NCBI GenBank assembly: GCA_038868975.1
Contig: JAWCSA010000001.1
Span: 6,905 to 70,904, forward strand
DNA length: 64,000 bases
Source of the DNA: Nitrososphaerales archaeon
GTDB taxonomy: Archaea; Thermoproteota; Nitrososphaeria; Nitrososphaerales; UBA213
Reading direction: 5' to 3'
Shown: positions 37,746 to 46,477 of the stretch, piece by piece
Numbering within the stretch: position 1 is the stretch's first letter
Layout of the letters: the number at the start of each line of letters is the position of its first letter
Notes under the pieces: generated by a model
What the model was told of the DNA's origin: nothing
The model's database searches: none
Seen by the model: only the letters and a program-made list of their open reading frames with translations
Program-made: the position numbers and the translations under genes

Positions 37746-37834
37746 AGCATATCTGATGAGTTGAATTTGTTTAAAGAGTCAGACTCCTGACATTATAGTA
37801 ATGGTGGGATGGAAGATTTGTTTGCATATGCTAC
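37746..37834. repeat. Imperfect direct repeat, copy B (decayed copy of the 5' end/promoter of gene 34740-35264)
   Basis: See copy A. On the minus strand this copy reads ATG TCA GGA GTC TGA, only a 4-codon ORF, so it is a non-functional fragment. Confidence 0.65.
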
Positions 37835-37921
37835 CATCTATGCATAGATGAAGAATGATAAAAATTATGGTTCATGTTGGGTAAAAATTTGCAATTCATG
37901 TTAATGTGTTTTTTAAGTACA

Positions 37922-38287
37922 TGTAGAGTAGCAGAATTAATGTCAGCTTAGCGTATCAGAATTGTTGTCCGCTCTAGGAGTTGATAACACAAATAAGAAT
38001 CTCGTCATGGTCACGCTTCAGTCAAGATCTCAGGAAGCTTGATCGAAGATAATGTGTACTTAGGTTCTTCTTGAAATTTGAGGGTTTTTCACAAAATACG
38101 TGCGTAAAATCACCTTTCACCTAGATACATATGACGATGCCACTACTGGAGGAAACAGCAGATCCATGGGTGGAAGACTCCAAGCATCTGCAATGGCAAG
38201 AAATAGTACAACAAGAGTTCCAACTGACGACTCAAAACGGACATTATCTCTGCTAACAAAAGCGGACATCATTTGTGATACTCTACA
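37922..38287 (+). mobile_element. MITE copy 2
   Basis: Same orientation as copy 1. By-eye alignment shows 3 substitutions plus one 3-nt indel. Flanked by the direct duplication AGTACA (37916-37921 and 38288-38293). Confidence 0.85.
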
Positions 38288-38359
38288 AGTACATTTATGT
38301 CTCTATCGCGCCGGTTTAATACTAACGATCTGGTATCCAAGCTTAGTACGTATAAATAA

Positions 38360-39745
38360 TTACGGCGGGAATATCTCAAACCCCATGAAGGGTATATTTT
38401 GACCGTATAGTATGTTGTCTTGCATCAATCTTCCAAACATAACGAAATAACCAGCGTATACCGCGCTATTGCCTATTTTCTGACTATCATTATTTCCAGC
38501 AGTTTTGGCAGCAAAAATAACTGTAACCGTTTGAGTGGCGTCCTTCGGTATTGTAATGGGATTTGAGCCGCTTTGATGGAAGGCGTCATATGTGTATGCA
38601 GAAGGATTAGCGTTTGTATTGCATGTTGTTTGAGCAGCTGATGCTAAGAAAAATTGAACCTTATTAGCCGTACCATCAACAGCGTCTAGGAAGAATACTG
38701 ATCTTTTATCTAACCGGATATCATTATCGGGGTCATGATTAGTGATGTTGATTCTAAAAGCTGTCCAACCGGTAGACTGTGTGGGTATTCGCCATGCTTT
38801 AGTCCATGGGCAACTAGTACCGCTTTGTTTCCATTCTAATGACTCGTATTCTATCGTTATAGTACCAGTTAATGAAGCGAAGTTTGTTTTTGATATAGTA
38901 ACCTGTGTAATTGAGACGTCTGATGTAACTAAATTATCTCCGACTCCAGCAGTGAACGTCACTATAGCTCCTGCCGATGTTGAAGACCCGTCCTGCGCAA
39001 TGTTGTATACCCACGTAAATGTTGCGGTGGACCCTTTAGGCAAGGTTCCTACTGATGCAGGGCTAGGGCCACTAACTAACGCTGGATTCGGACAACGGAC
39101 AGGGCCTGAAATATCATTGCAATTTGAAAAGCCCGAAACTTCCAATATCGGAACTATCTCATGCACCGTTTGCGCATTTGGCTCTGAGTTGATTACCGAA
39201 AGTATGATCGTCACATCTTCACCCACGAGTATGGTTGGTGGTACTACCGATAAGGCAACCTGTAAATTGTTAGTTTGAGAAGCAGAAATTGTTCTGAAAC
39301 TAACAATACTTCCCCTCTCAGAAACTGCCTTGACAGTGTAACTTTGCGTCAGAGTCGCTGGTAATGATAGACCCCCAACGGTTCCCTGTCCGACCCCAGT
39401 GACAGTTTCACCTGGATTTAGAATGATGGGATCGGTAACATCATACCTAATCTGTGTGTTTGCAGTTTCATCAGTAACCCAAATTCTGTCTAATTTGACG
39501 GGCAGACCACTGGTATTGACAAACGTGATATCAAACTTGTTATTAACAATCTTTACCTCTCTTATCTCAAGATTTTCCTTTATTCTCTCCACCTCGCTTA
39601 CATTTTTTTCTGTCAAAACCTGTGCAAAATTATTCTGGGAGCTTAAAGCGAAGGTCATCACATTTACCCCTATTATTATTATCATAATCATGAAAATTGC
39701 TGCAACAAGGGTGCTTATACCCTTCTTTTCTTTGCTTCTATGCAT
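38360..39745 (-). CDS. Large pilin-like protein with class III (type IV prepilin) signal peptide
   Basis: MHRSKEKKG/ISTLVAAIFMIMIIIIGV N-terminus, then a ~430-aa Thr/Ser/Val-rich beta region. The start at 39745 forms a TAATG overlap with the upstream gene; the ORF-track start at 39760 is less likely. Confidence 0.65.
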   Translation of the reverse strand: MHRSKEKKGISTLVAAIFMIMIIIIGVNVMTFALSSQNNFAQVLTEKNVSEVERIKENLEIREVKIVNNKFDITFVNTSGLPVKLDRIWVTDETANTQIRYDVTDPIILNPGETVTGVGQGTVGGLSLPATLTQSYTVKAVSERGSIVSFRTISASQTNNLQVALSVVPPTILVGEDVTIILSVINSEPNAQTVHEIVPILEVSGFSNCNDISGPVRCPNPALVSGPSPASVGTLPKGSTATFTWVYNIAQDGSSTSAGAIVTFTAGVGDNLVTSDVSITQVTISKTNFASLTGTITIEYESLEWKQSGTSCPWTKAWRIPTQSTGWTAFRINITNHDPDNDIRLDKRSVFFLDAVDGTANKVQFFLASAAQTTCNTNANPSAYTYDAFHQSGSNPITIPKDATQTVTVIFAAKTAGNNDSQKIGNSAVYAGYFVMFGRLMQDNILYGQNIPFMGFEIFPP

Positions 39746-40314
39746 TACTGTGCCCTCCATAGAATTCTTTCCATCGAACCACGCTCAGTCATGATAGAGA
39801 TATCCAGCGTTTGTATATCTGGATCGTCCCATTCGTAATTAAGATCAACACGCAAGATCTGTTTGATACCTATTACCCCATTGCTATCTTCAGGCAATGA
39901 ATAATGTTGCTCACCAGGCGGGCCTTCACCATCAAATGGTGGACTAGCGGTTACTTCGCTAATACTTACCCCATTGCTATCAAGTCCAATTATTCTAACG
40001 CTCTTGACATCGATAGCTACATCACCAATATTGTTTAATGTTATGTTTACGTAATTTGCAGGACTTCTACTTAGCCAAACATCCTCTATTATGTACCTCT
40101 CCTTCAGAATGTTACTATTCCTTTCATAATCATTGCCTATAGTCTGTCGTTGCCCGTTAAGAGTAGTGTTGGCCCAAATGACCATAAACGAACCGAGAAT
40201 CGATACCGCAGCTATTAGTATCGCAGTTCCTACTACAGTGGTAAAGCCGGATCTCCTCTTTCTCGATGTTATTTTTCTAGTGCGTGAGCTAGCCCTTGCT
40301 GAATCTATACTCAT
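39745..40314 (-). CDS. Pilin-like protein with class III signal peptide
   Basis: ...SRKRRSG/FTTVVGTAILIAAVSILGSFMVIW, followed by a ~140-aa beta-rich domain. Confidence 0.65.
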   Translation of the reverse strand: MSIDSARASSRTRKITSRKRRSGFTTVVGTAILIAAVSILGSFMVIWANTTLNGQRQTIGNDYERNSNILKERYIIEDVWLSRSPANYVNITLNNIGDVAIDVKSVRIIGLDSNGVSISEVTASPPFDGEGPPGEQHYSLPEDSNGVIGIKQILRVDLNYEWDDPDIQTLDISIMTERGSMERILWRAQ

Positions 40315-40404
40315 CCATACAAATTCTATTGATATGGGTATTATGCATTAGTATGTTAGATTAAGAACTTACTAAATGCATAATGCGATTTAATGACTTT
40401 CTGT

Positions 40405-40941
40405 TCATTTGCTCTTTTTTATAGGGATCTCCTCATCATCAACAATGTTCTCTTTCCCCTGTACCTGTTCAGTAGAAGAGATAAGTTCATCTGAAATTTC
40501 ATTAGCGGCTTCATCGCCTCCATCAATCTGTCCCCTTTCCTGACCAGCAGAAGCTTGACCTATAGAAAGTAACTCAGGTGATGGAGATGGCGCATCTATC
40601 ATCTTCGATAGCACAAATATCTGGGCATAAACCTGCTGGTATATGTCATACAATACTATAGGCACCCTTGTTGACGGATGCGCTGTCATGACCTTCTTGA
40701 TATGCTCTGCCCGTCCTTGTATGTCAGCTCTACCCTGCACATGATACTTCACCACTTTTGGCTCTGTTATAATCGTGAATGAGAATCCCAATGAAATACT
40801 GTTGAAACCATGTTCCAGTTCCTCAAGGTTAGCACTTATGTTGAACTTGACAGGCTTGAAGCAGTCAGCTTTTGCATCAAGCTTGGATCCTAAAATACTA
40901 AGAACCTTTACCTGAATTCTAGTTTGTGCTATGGCTTCCAA
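40405..40941 (-). CDS. Hypothetical cytoplasmic protein with acidic disordered tail, first gene of the minus-strand pilin operon
   Basis: 178 aa: a ~125-aa globular part, then GQASAGQERGQIDGGDEAANEISDELISSTEQVQGKENIVDDEEIP. No signal peptide. Confidence 0.5.
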   Translation of the reverse strand: MEAIAQTRIQVKVLSILGSKLDAKADCFKPVKFNISANLEELEHGFNSISLGFSFTIITEPKVVKYHVQGRADIQGRAEHIKKVMTAHPSTRVPIVLYDIYQQVYAQIFVLSKMIDAPSPSPELLSIGQASAGQERGQIDGGDEAANEISDELISSTEQVQGKENIVDDEEIPIKKSK

Positions 40942-41038
40942 TTACACCTTACGTTCATTGCAAAATCAATATATGATGTAGTATGTAGTTGAATGTTACA
41001 CATCCATGTAATTATGGCATGAGTATAGCTACACAATC

Positions 41039-42061
41039 GTGGAGTTTAAGAAGAGAAGCGTTCTCAATGAATCGATGGGTAAGGACGTTCAGCAGGTTAA
41101 GATCCTTGATGGCAATGCTAGCATTAGGGTAACTACTGTTACAAAAAAGAAACACGAATCCGAGCTTGTGCAGAAATATGCAGTACAAAGATACAATCTA
41201 TGTCAGGGCTACTCATTCCCTGACGACCTTTACAATCTCATACCCAAAGACACTCCCATGTATGCTGACAACGGAGAACATTACGTGGAACGCATAATGA
41301 GAGCACTCTACCATTTCAAGCAGTGCGCCCTCATAGGACCGAGTGGCACTGGAAAGACCCACATCTGCTACCTTGTTGCCGAGCTCGCGGGTTTACCAAT
41401 GTGGGAGATAAACTGCAACCTACAGACATCGGTATACGATTTATTTGGCAGATACATAGGTCTGGGCAAGGAGAACTGGATAGACGGTCAAATAGTGTCA
41501 TGGGCAAGGTATGGGGGCATCCTGTACCTAGATGAGGCTAACATGATGAAGCAGGATATTGCAACGAGGTTGAACCCCTTGCTCGACACAAGGGGACATA
41601 TGGTACTAACAGAAAAGGACAACGAGATAATACCGCGTCATCCATATGCATATGTAATAATTAGTTTGAATCCTTACTCCAGTGAATTTGCTGGCACAAA
41701 GCCATTGAACGCTGCCTTTAGAAGGAGGATGAGCGTCTGGATCAATTTCGATTACCTCAGCGTTGGTAAGACTATCAGCCCGCAGGAGGTACAGCTCATT
41801 TGCGAGAAGACTCTCATAGGTGAAGAGATTGCTAAGAGGATCGTGCAAGTTGGTGCCGAATTACGAAGGCAGTACAAGTCCGGTGACATACCCTACGGAC
41901 CGTCTGTTGGAGACCTGGTTAACTGGGCTCAGCTCGTTGCCGATGGCGAGTCCCCGCAAACGGCAGCAGAGGAGACGGTTGTAACCATGACAAGCGATAA
42001 CATGGAAGTTCAGGATATGGTTCGTAGGGTGGTAAAGATGTTTTTGGGCGATCACAGGTAA
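41039..42061 (+). CDS. AAA_5-type ATPase (MoxR / CbbQ-NorQ-GvpN family)
   Basis: Walker A GPSGTGKTH, Walker B ILYLDEANM, sensor region ISLNP and the arginine-containing AAFRRRM. Confidence 0.8.
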   Translation: MEFKKRSVLNESMGKDVQQVKILDGNASIRVTTVTKKKHESELVQKYAVQRYNLCQGYSFPDDLYNLIPKDTPMYADNGEHYVERIMRALYHFKQCALIGPSGTGKTHICYLVAELAGLPMWEINCNLQTSVYDLFGRYIGLGKENWIDGQIVSWARYGGILYLDEANMMKQDIATRLNPLLDTRGHMVLTEKDNEIIPRHPYAYVIISLNPYSSEFAGTKPLNAAFRRRMSVWINFDYLSVGKTISPQEVQLICEKTLIGEEIAKRIVQVGAELRRQYKSGDIPYGPSVGDLVNWAQLVADGESPQTAAEETVVTMTSDNMEVQDMVRRVVKMFLGDHR

Positions 42062-42083
42062 CTTTGCATAAGCAGGTGAACAG

Positions 42084-43802
42084 TTGAAGTTCTATAACCA
42101 AGTGCTAGCACGGACATTTGAGATAACCCAGTCTAGTGCTAGTGATGTAAGGCTACTGATCTCTGAGAAGTTCAGGTTTGCCTCGCTTGAGAAGGATAGC
42201 AATGGAATGATTTTAAGGATACCAAAGCCTGTGAAAACAAAGAAGGGCTTTGTTCTGCATGGCATAATCTTCCCTAACAATCAGCTGGGGCGTGCACTAT
42301 CGATACGAATGATCATGTCATCAGTTGAGCACTTGAGCGTGCACGCAATGATAAGCAATTTTTCAATATATGACAAATGGGTAAAAGGCAAAGACCCAAA
42401 ACTTGCAGCATTTGCAATCGATCTGATAGAAGATCTGTGTGTAAAATATTATGTGCGGTCCAGCCTAAGGGGATTGCTGGAGGACTTTGCGCTTGCAAAT
42501 GCCATATCATATGTGGCAATAACAAAAGCGGAAAAAATCGGCTCAAAACAAATTCTAGTGCAGTCAGCGTTGCTATCATACATAATAGCTAGCAATTACA
42601 GGTACTTTCTGCCATCAGATGTTAAAAATGATGTATTCTATATTTTATCTGAACTTTATAGGTTCGAGAAATTTCTTTCACAAAGTACGTTAGAGAGATT
42701 TTGGTGTAGTGATGATGTTGTAACCATGAAGATGGAACTTGCAGGATCCATATACAGGCGTTTAGAGAAATACGGGTCGCCAAAGAAGGTGCTTAGCCTT
42801 CCCTATACGGACAGTCATGGTATTGAAAGCTTCAATGGAGAACTGGTTCTTAGCATTGCTGAAAGCATGGAGGCCCTGCCGCACACATCCCGTATGCTGG
42901 GGCTTGAGACAACCAATAGAACCGTCGATGAACTGCTAAGCTCTCCGACGATCCATGAGGCATCAAATACTCTGTATGATATTGTGATGGAGCAGCACTG
43001 GAAGGACAGACTGGTGCAAAGATATATGAATATAGCGAAGAACACAGAATTCGATGATTTTGTCTTCCCTATAGAAGATTATGCTATGTACTACAGATCC
43101 TACAGAAAGTATGTGGGTGCAATTAGGAAGATGGTTGATCAGATACGAATGCTGAAGAATGACCTGGATATGAATCCTAACCAGGAGATCGGACAGGTTG
43201 ACATTAATGAAGTGGTTCAGGCAATGGCAGCTAAAAAGATGAATGCAAATGTGTTCACAAAGGACGACTTTCTCAGCAAGGATGAAGCATGGTGCATACT
43301 CTTAGACATGAGCGGCAGTTTGAGCCCGTTTGCATCTAATACGAGGGAGATCGCCCTATGTCTGGCAGAGATGGCCAAGGAGCTCATGCGTGGTAGTGGG
43401 AGCTGGGGCCTTTATGCATTTAGCAACAGATTTACCATCGTAAAGGATATGGAGGAAGAGTATAGTACAAATGTAAAGGCAAGGATCGGAGGTCTTGGCA
43501 AGGGCGGTTTATCATATATGCCAGATGCATTGCAGCTGGGAGCACAGATAGTTGCAAAGAGCGCGAAGGAGCACAACTACATATTTATCATATCCGACGG
43601 GCTGCCTTCTGGCTATCCTGGCATAGAGGAAAAACTTGAGAAAACGATCAAATCCATACTTAGCACCGGTACTACATTAATTCCTGTAGGCGTTGGGTCA
43701 AATGCCTTCAAGAGATACATGCGCAACGCATCCTTGGTTGCTGACACTCCATTGGATCTAGCGAGTAAGTTCGTAAAGATATACTTTGAATTCTCTGTTT
43801 AA
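42084..43802 (+). CDS. VWA-domain protein (CbbO/NorD/CobT-like partner of the AAA_5 ATPase)
   Basis: C-terminal von Willebrand A domain with MIDAS ILLDMSGSL and a later IFIISDGLPSG. The ~380-aa helical N-terminal region has no signal peptide. Confidence 0.75.
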   Translation: MKFYNQVLARTFEITQSSASDVRLLISEKFRFASLEKDSNGMILRIPKPVKTKKGFVLHGIIFPNNQLGRALSIRMIMSSVEHLSVHAMISNFSIYDKWVKGKDPKLAAFAIDLIEDLCVKYYVRSSLRGLLEDFALANAISYVAITKAEKIGSKQILVQSALLSYIIASNYRYFLPSDVKNDVFYILSELYRFEKFLSQSTLERFWCSDDVVTMKMELAGSIYRRLEKYGSPKKVLSLPYTDSHGIESFNGELVLSIAESMEALPHTSRMLGLETTNRTVDELLSSPTIHEASNTLYDIVMEQHWKDRLVQRYMNIAKNTEFDDFVFPIEDYAMYYRSYRKYVGAIRKMVDQIRMLKNDLDMNPNQEIGQVDINEVVQAMAAKKMNANVFTKDDFLSKDEAWCILLDMSGSLSPFASNTREIALCLAEMAKELMRGSGSWGLYAFSNRFTIVKDMEEEYSTNVKARIGGLGKGGLSYMPDALQLGAQIVAKSAKEHNYIFIISDGLPSGYPGIEEKLEKTIKSILSTGTTLIPVGVGSNAFKRYMRNASLVADTPLDLASKFVKIYFEFSV

Positions 43803-44146
43803 CGCAGTAGCATTAAGGAAGTATCAATAATTATTGGAAGAATATGTGTTTGTTCATTCCATTTGTGTTATGTTTGAATTACTGGGTGTGTCTAGAAATC
43901 CTAGTTTCCTATGCCATTCCTGATCCGCAGTAAATTGACTATACAGCTGATATTATGGCGCAAGGCAACTATTCTCACTCTTGGAAAAGTATGGATAATC
44001 CGTTGGCTAAGAGATATTGCATGTGTTTCAGGGCTCTACAACCATGAGAACATATGGTGAATGAGATTGTGAGGTTATCGTGTATGTATTGGCAAAGCAC
44101 ACGCTACCGTTGATAATTTGCGCCTAGTTGTTATTGCTAGGGAAAA

Positions 44147-44791
44147 ATGACGACCATAATAAACAGAAGGAAGAAAGGTATCAGCACAGTACTAACAACA
44201 CTGATCATCGTCGTAGCCTCAGTGGTTTTGGGAACAGCAGTAACATTGTTCGGAACCTCACTATTCCAGACAGGTGCTTCACAGCAATCAATTGACGTCA
44301 CGGGTCAGAACCTGTGGATTAATACTGATGTTAACGGAGATGGCACTGCAGACGATCCACTCGTTGTAGGTTCGGTAGCAGTAAGAAACACTGGAGACAA
44401 ACTGATTGCCATAGATAAAATATCAGTAAGAGGTGCACTTGTACCATTTACACAATGGTACGCTTCAAATCCAGATCCTGCAGTCACTACTCCTCAACAT
44501 GTGCAGTCGCAATTTCTATATGATGACGAACTAGAAGCCTACGATCCCGTTGCCCGAACACCAGCCTCAATTAGTATACCGACTGCTGCGGGTAATCTCA
44601 ATTTAGGCATTCAAAACGGTCCAGTAAGTCTTGATCCAGGTAAATCTACGATCATATACTTCGTTGTTCCTGGAGACTTCACAGGTGTTGTAGACGTCAT
44701 AACATCAGCTGACGTAGGTGCGGCAGCAACGCTAAAGGTAAATGCTGGACAACTCACATCAGTGCAATCAGTAACTGTTGCAAAAGTATAA
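44147..44791 (+). CDS. Type IV pilin-like protein (class III signal peptide), candidate major pilin
   Basis: MTTIINRRKKG/ISTVLTTLIIVVASVVLG, then a ~180-aa beta-rich domain. First gene of the pilin-ATPase-platform operon. Confidence 0.7.
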   Translation: MTTIINRRKKGISTVLTTLIIVVASVVLGTAVTLFGTSLFQTGASQQSIDVTGQNLWINTDVNGDGTADDPLVVGSVAVRNTGDKLIAIDKISVRGALVPFTQWYASNPDPAVTTPQHVQSQFLYDDELEAYDPVARTPASISIPTAAGNLNLGIQNGPVSLDPGKSTIIYFVVPGDFTGVVDVITSADVGAAATLKVNAGQLTSVQSVTVAKV

Positions 44792-44810
44792 ACAAATGAT
44801 GGTGGTGTTA

Positions 44811-44845
44811 ATGGCGCGCCATCACATCCCTAATCTTTTTGTTTT
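44811..44845 (+). terminator. Possible attenuator/terminator between the pilin and ATPase genes
   Basis: Perfect 12-bp GC-rich palindrome ATGGCGCGCCAT (44811-44822) followed by the T-tracts TTTTTGTTTT (44836-44845), 20 nt after the pilin stop. Confidence 0.3.
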
Positions 44846-44854
44846 AATATTAAG

Positions 44855-46477
44855 GTGATAAACTTGCTATCGTTCAAATCAAAACCAAAAAAGGGAGACA
44901 AAGACAAGGATAAGGATAAGGACAAAGAAGAGAGTCAAAAGAGTAATGATCTAGTATCCGTGCTAAAGATAACACACTTTAGCATTCCAGAGGGTTTTGA
45001 GGAGATAACAAAATACCCCTTAAACCCGCCGTTCAGTTACGCAGTGATAGCTCAAAATCCAAGCACTGCCGAATCACTTTACCTCGTCGATGAGCTACCA
45101 ATGAGTGCAGACGAGAAGGTGCTTTACAATATACTAAGAGATCTCCTGGAGCGCAGGCTCACAAAGCCAGACGAGGGGTCTGAAGAAAGCAGTTTCAATA
45201 AACATCTGGAGCAGTTGCTAATGGATACAAAGGAGCAGTTTGCAACTTTCCCAAACACCAGCATGGAGAAGGTAAAATACTATTTGACACGCGATATAAT
45301 GGGCTTTGGCATCATAGATCCATTGATGCACGATCCCATGGTAGAGGACATCAGCTGCGGAGGCATAAAGGTTCCAATATATGTGTGGCAGAGGAACTTT
45401 GAGAGCATAAGAACCAATATACAGTTCGGCAATGAAGACGAATTGAACGACTTTGTCATGAAGATGGTCCATAGGTCTGGTAAGCATGTGAGCGCAGCGT
45501 TCCCTGTAAGCGATGTTGCCTTACCAGGAAACCACAGAATGGCCATATTGTATCAAAAGGAAGTAACCCCAAAAGGCACGAGTTTTACGATAAGAAAGTT
45601 CAAGGAAGAACCCTATACAATCGTTGATCTCATAAACTTTGATACCTTGGATATCAACATTGCCGCATACATATGGATGATCATGGAGCATAAGATGTCA
45701 TCGATAGTGATAGGATCAACAGCAAGTGGAAAGACCACACTTTTGAACGCAATAACCACACTTGTAAACCCAACATACAAGATATTCACCGTAGAGGATG
45801 TGGCAGAAATAAACATACCCCACGAGAACTGGTTCTCGCTAGTATCAAGAACCGGTTTCGGTTTGGAAAACCAGGGAGAGATAGGCCTCTTCGAATTGAT
45901 CAAGGCAGGGCTAAGGCACAGACCGGACTACATGGTAGTTGGAGAGATCAGGGGTGAAGAAGCATACGTGCTATTCCAGGCATTAGCAACCGGTCACAGC
46001 GGTCTAGGCACAATGCACGCAGATAGTGTAGATTCTGCAATGAAGAGGCTGATGCAAAAGCCCATGAACATACCGCCTGCTTACTTGCCATTGATGAACT
46101 GTGCCATAACGATAAAGCGTGTTATCCCAAGAGCAATAGTAACGCCAGGAGGAGTGGTGTCAGGTACAAGAAGGGTCATACAGGTATCAGAGATAATAAG
46201 TGAGACCAAGCTAAACCATGTGTTCACATGGGATTCCAAATCCGACGCATTCAAGAGCGATCTTACGAATAGCATGCTTCTTCATAAGATAGGCGAGGAC
46301 AGTGGGCTCTCAATCGATGAAGTTATGGAAGAATTCAGGAAGAGGGTTCTAATACTGAAATGGATGATTGAGGAAGGCATACGCGACTACAGAAGTGTCA
46401 GCTCAATAGTAAGAACGTATTACCAGAACCCCTCGCAGATCATGCAGAGGGTAACGGCGCTGGGAGAGACGGTATGA
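44855..46477 (+). CDS. Type II/IV secretion-family ATPase (FlaI/TadA/PilB-like)
   Basis: Walker A GSTASGKTT, Walker B/Asp box DYMVVGEIRGEEA and His box GHSGLGTMHA. N-terminal Lys/Asp-rich tract KKGDKDKDKDKDKEE. Confidence 0.85.
   Translation: MINLLSFKSKPKKGDKDKDKDKDKEESQKSNDLVSVLKITHFSIPEGFEEITKYPLNPPFSYAVIAQNPSTAESLYLVDELPMSADEKVLYNILRDLLERRLTKPDEGSEESSFNKHLEQLLMDTKEQFATFPNTSMEKVKYYLTRDIMGFGIIDPLMHDPMVEDISCGGIKVPIYVWQRNFESIRTNIQFGNEDELNDFVMKMVHRSGKHVSAAFPVSDVALPGNHRMAILYQKEVTPKGTSFTIRKFKEEPYTIVDLINFDTLDINIAAYIWMIMEHKMSSIVIGSTASGKTTLLNAITTLVNPTYKIFTVEDVAEINIPHENWFSLVSRTGFGLENQGEIGLFELIKAGLRHRPDYMVVGEIRGEEAYVLFQALATGHSGLGTMHADSVDSAMKRLMQKPMNIPPAYLPLMNCAITIKRVIPRAIVTPGGVVSGTRRVIQVSEIISETKLNHVFTWDSKSDAFKSDLTNSMLLHKIGEDSGLSIDEVMEEFRKRVLILKWMIEEGIRDYRSVSSIVRTYYQNPSQIMQRVTALGETV

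Noticed and set aside
934-38287. The two same-orientation MITE copies as ends of a 37-kb composite transposon or island
   Set aside because: The interval is filled with core housekeeping genes (RNAP subunit, Spt4, aEF-1beta, CDC48, H+-PPase, GDH). Each MITE also has its own distinct target-site duplication (ATTAAC versus AGTACA), which indicates two independent insertions.
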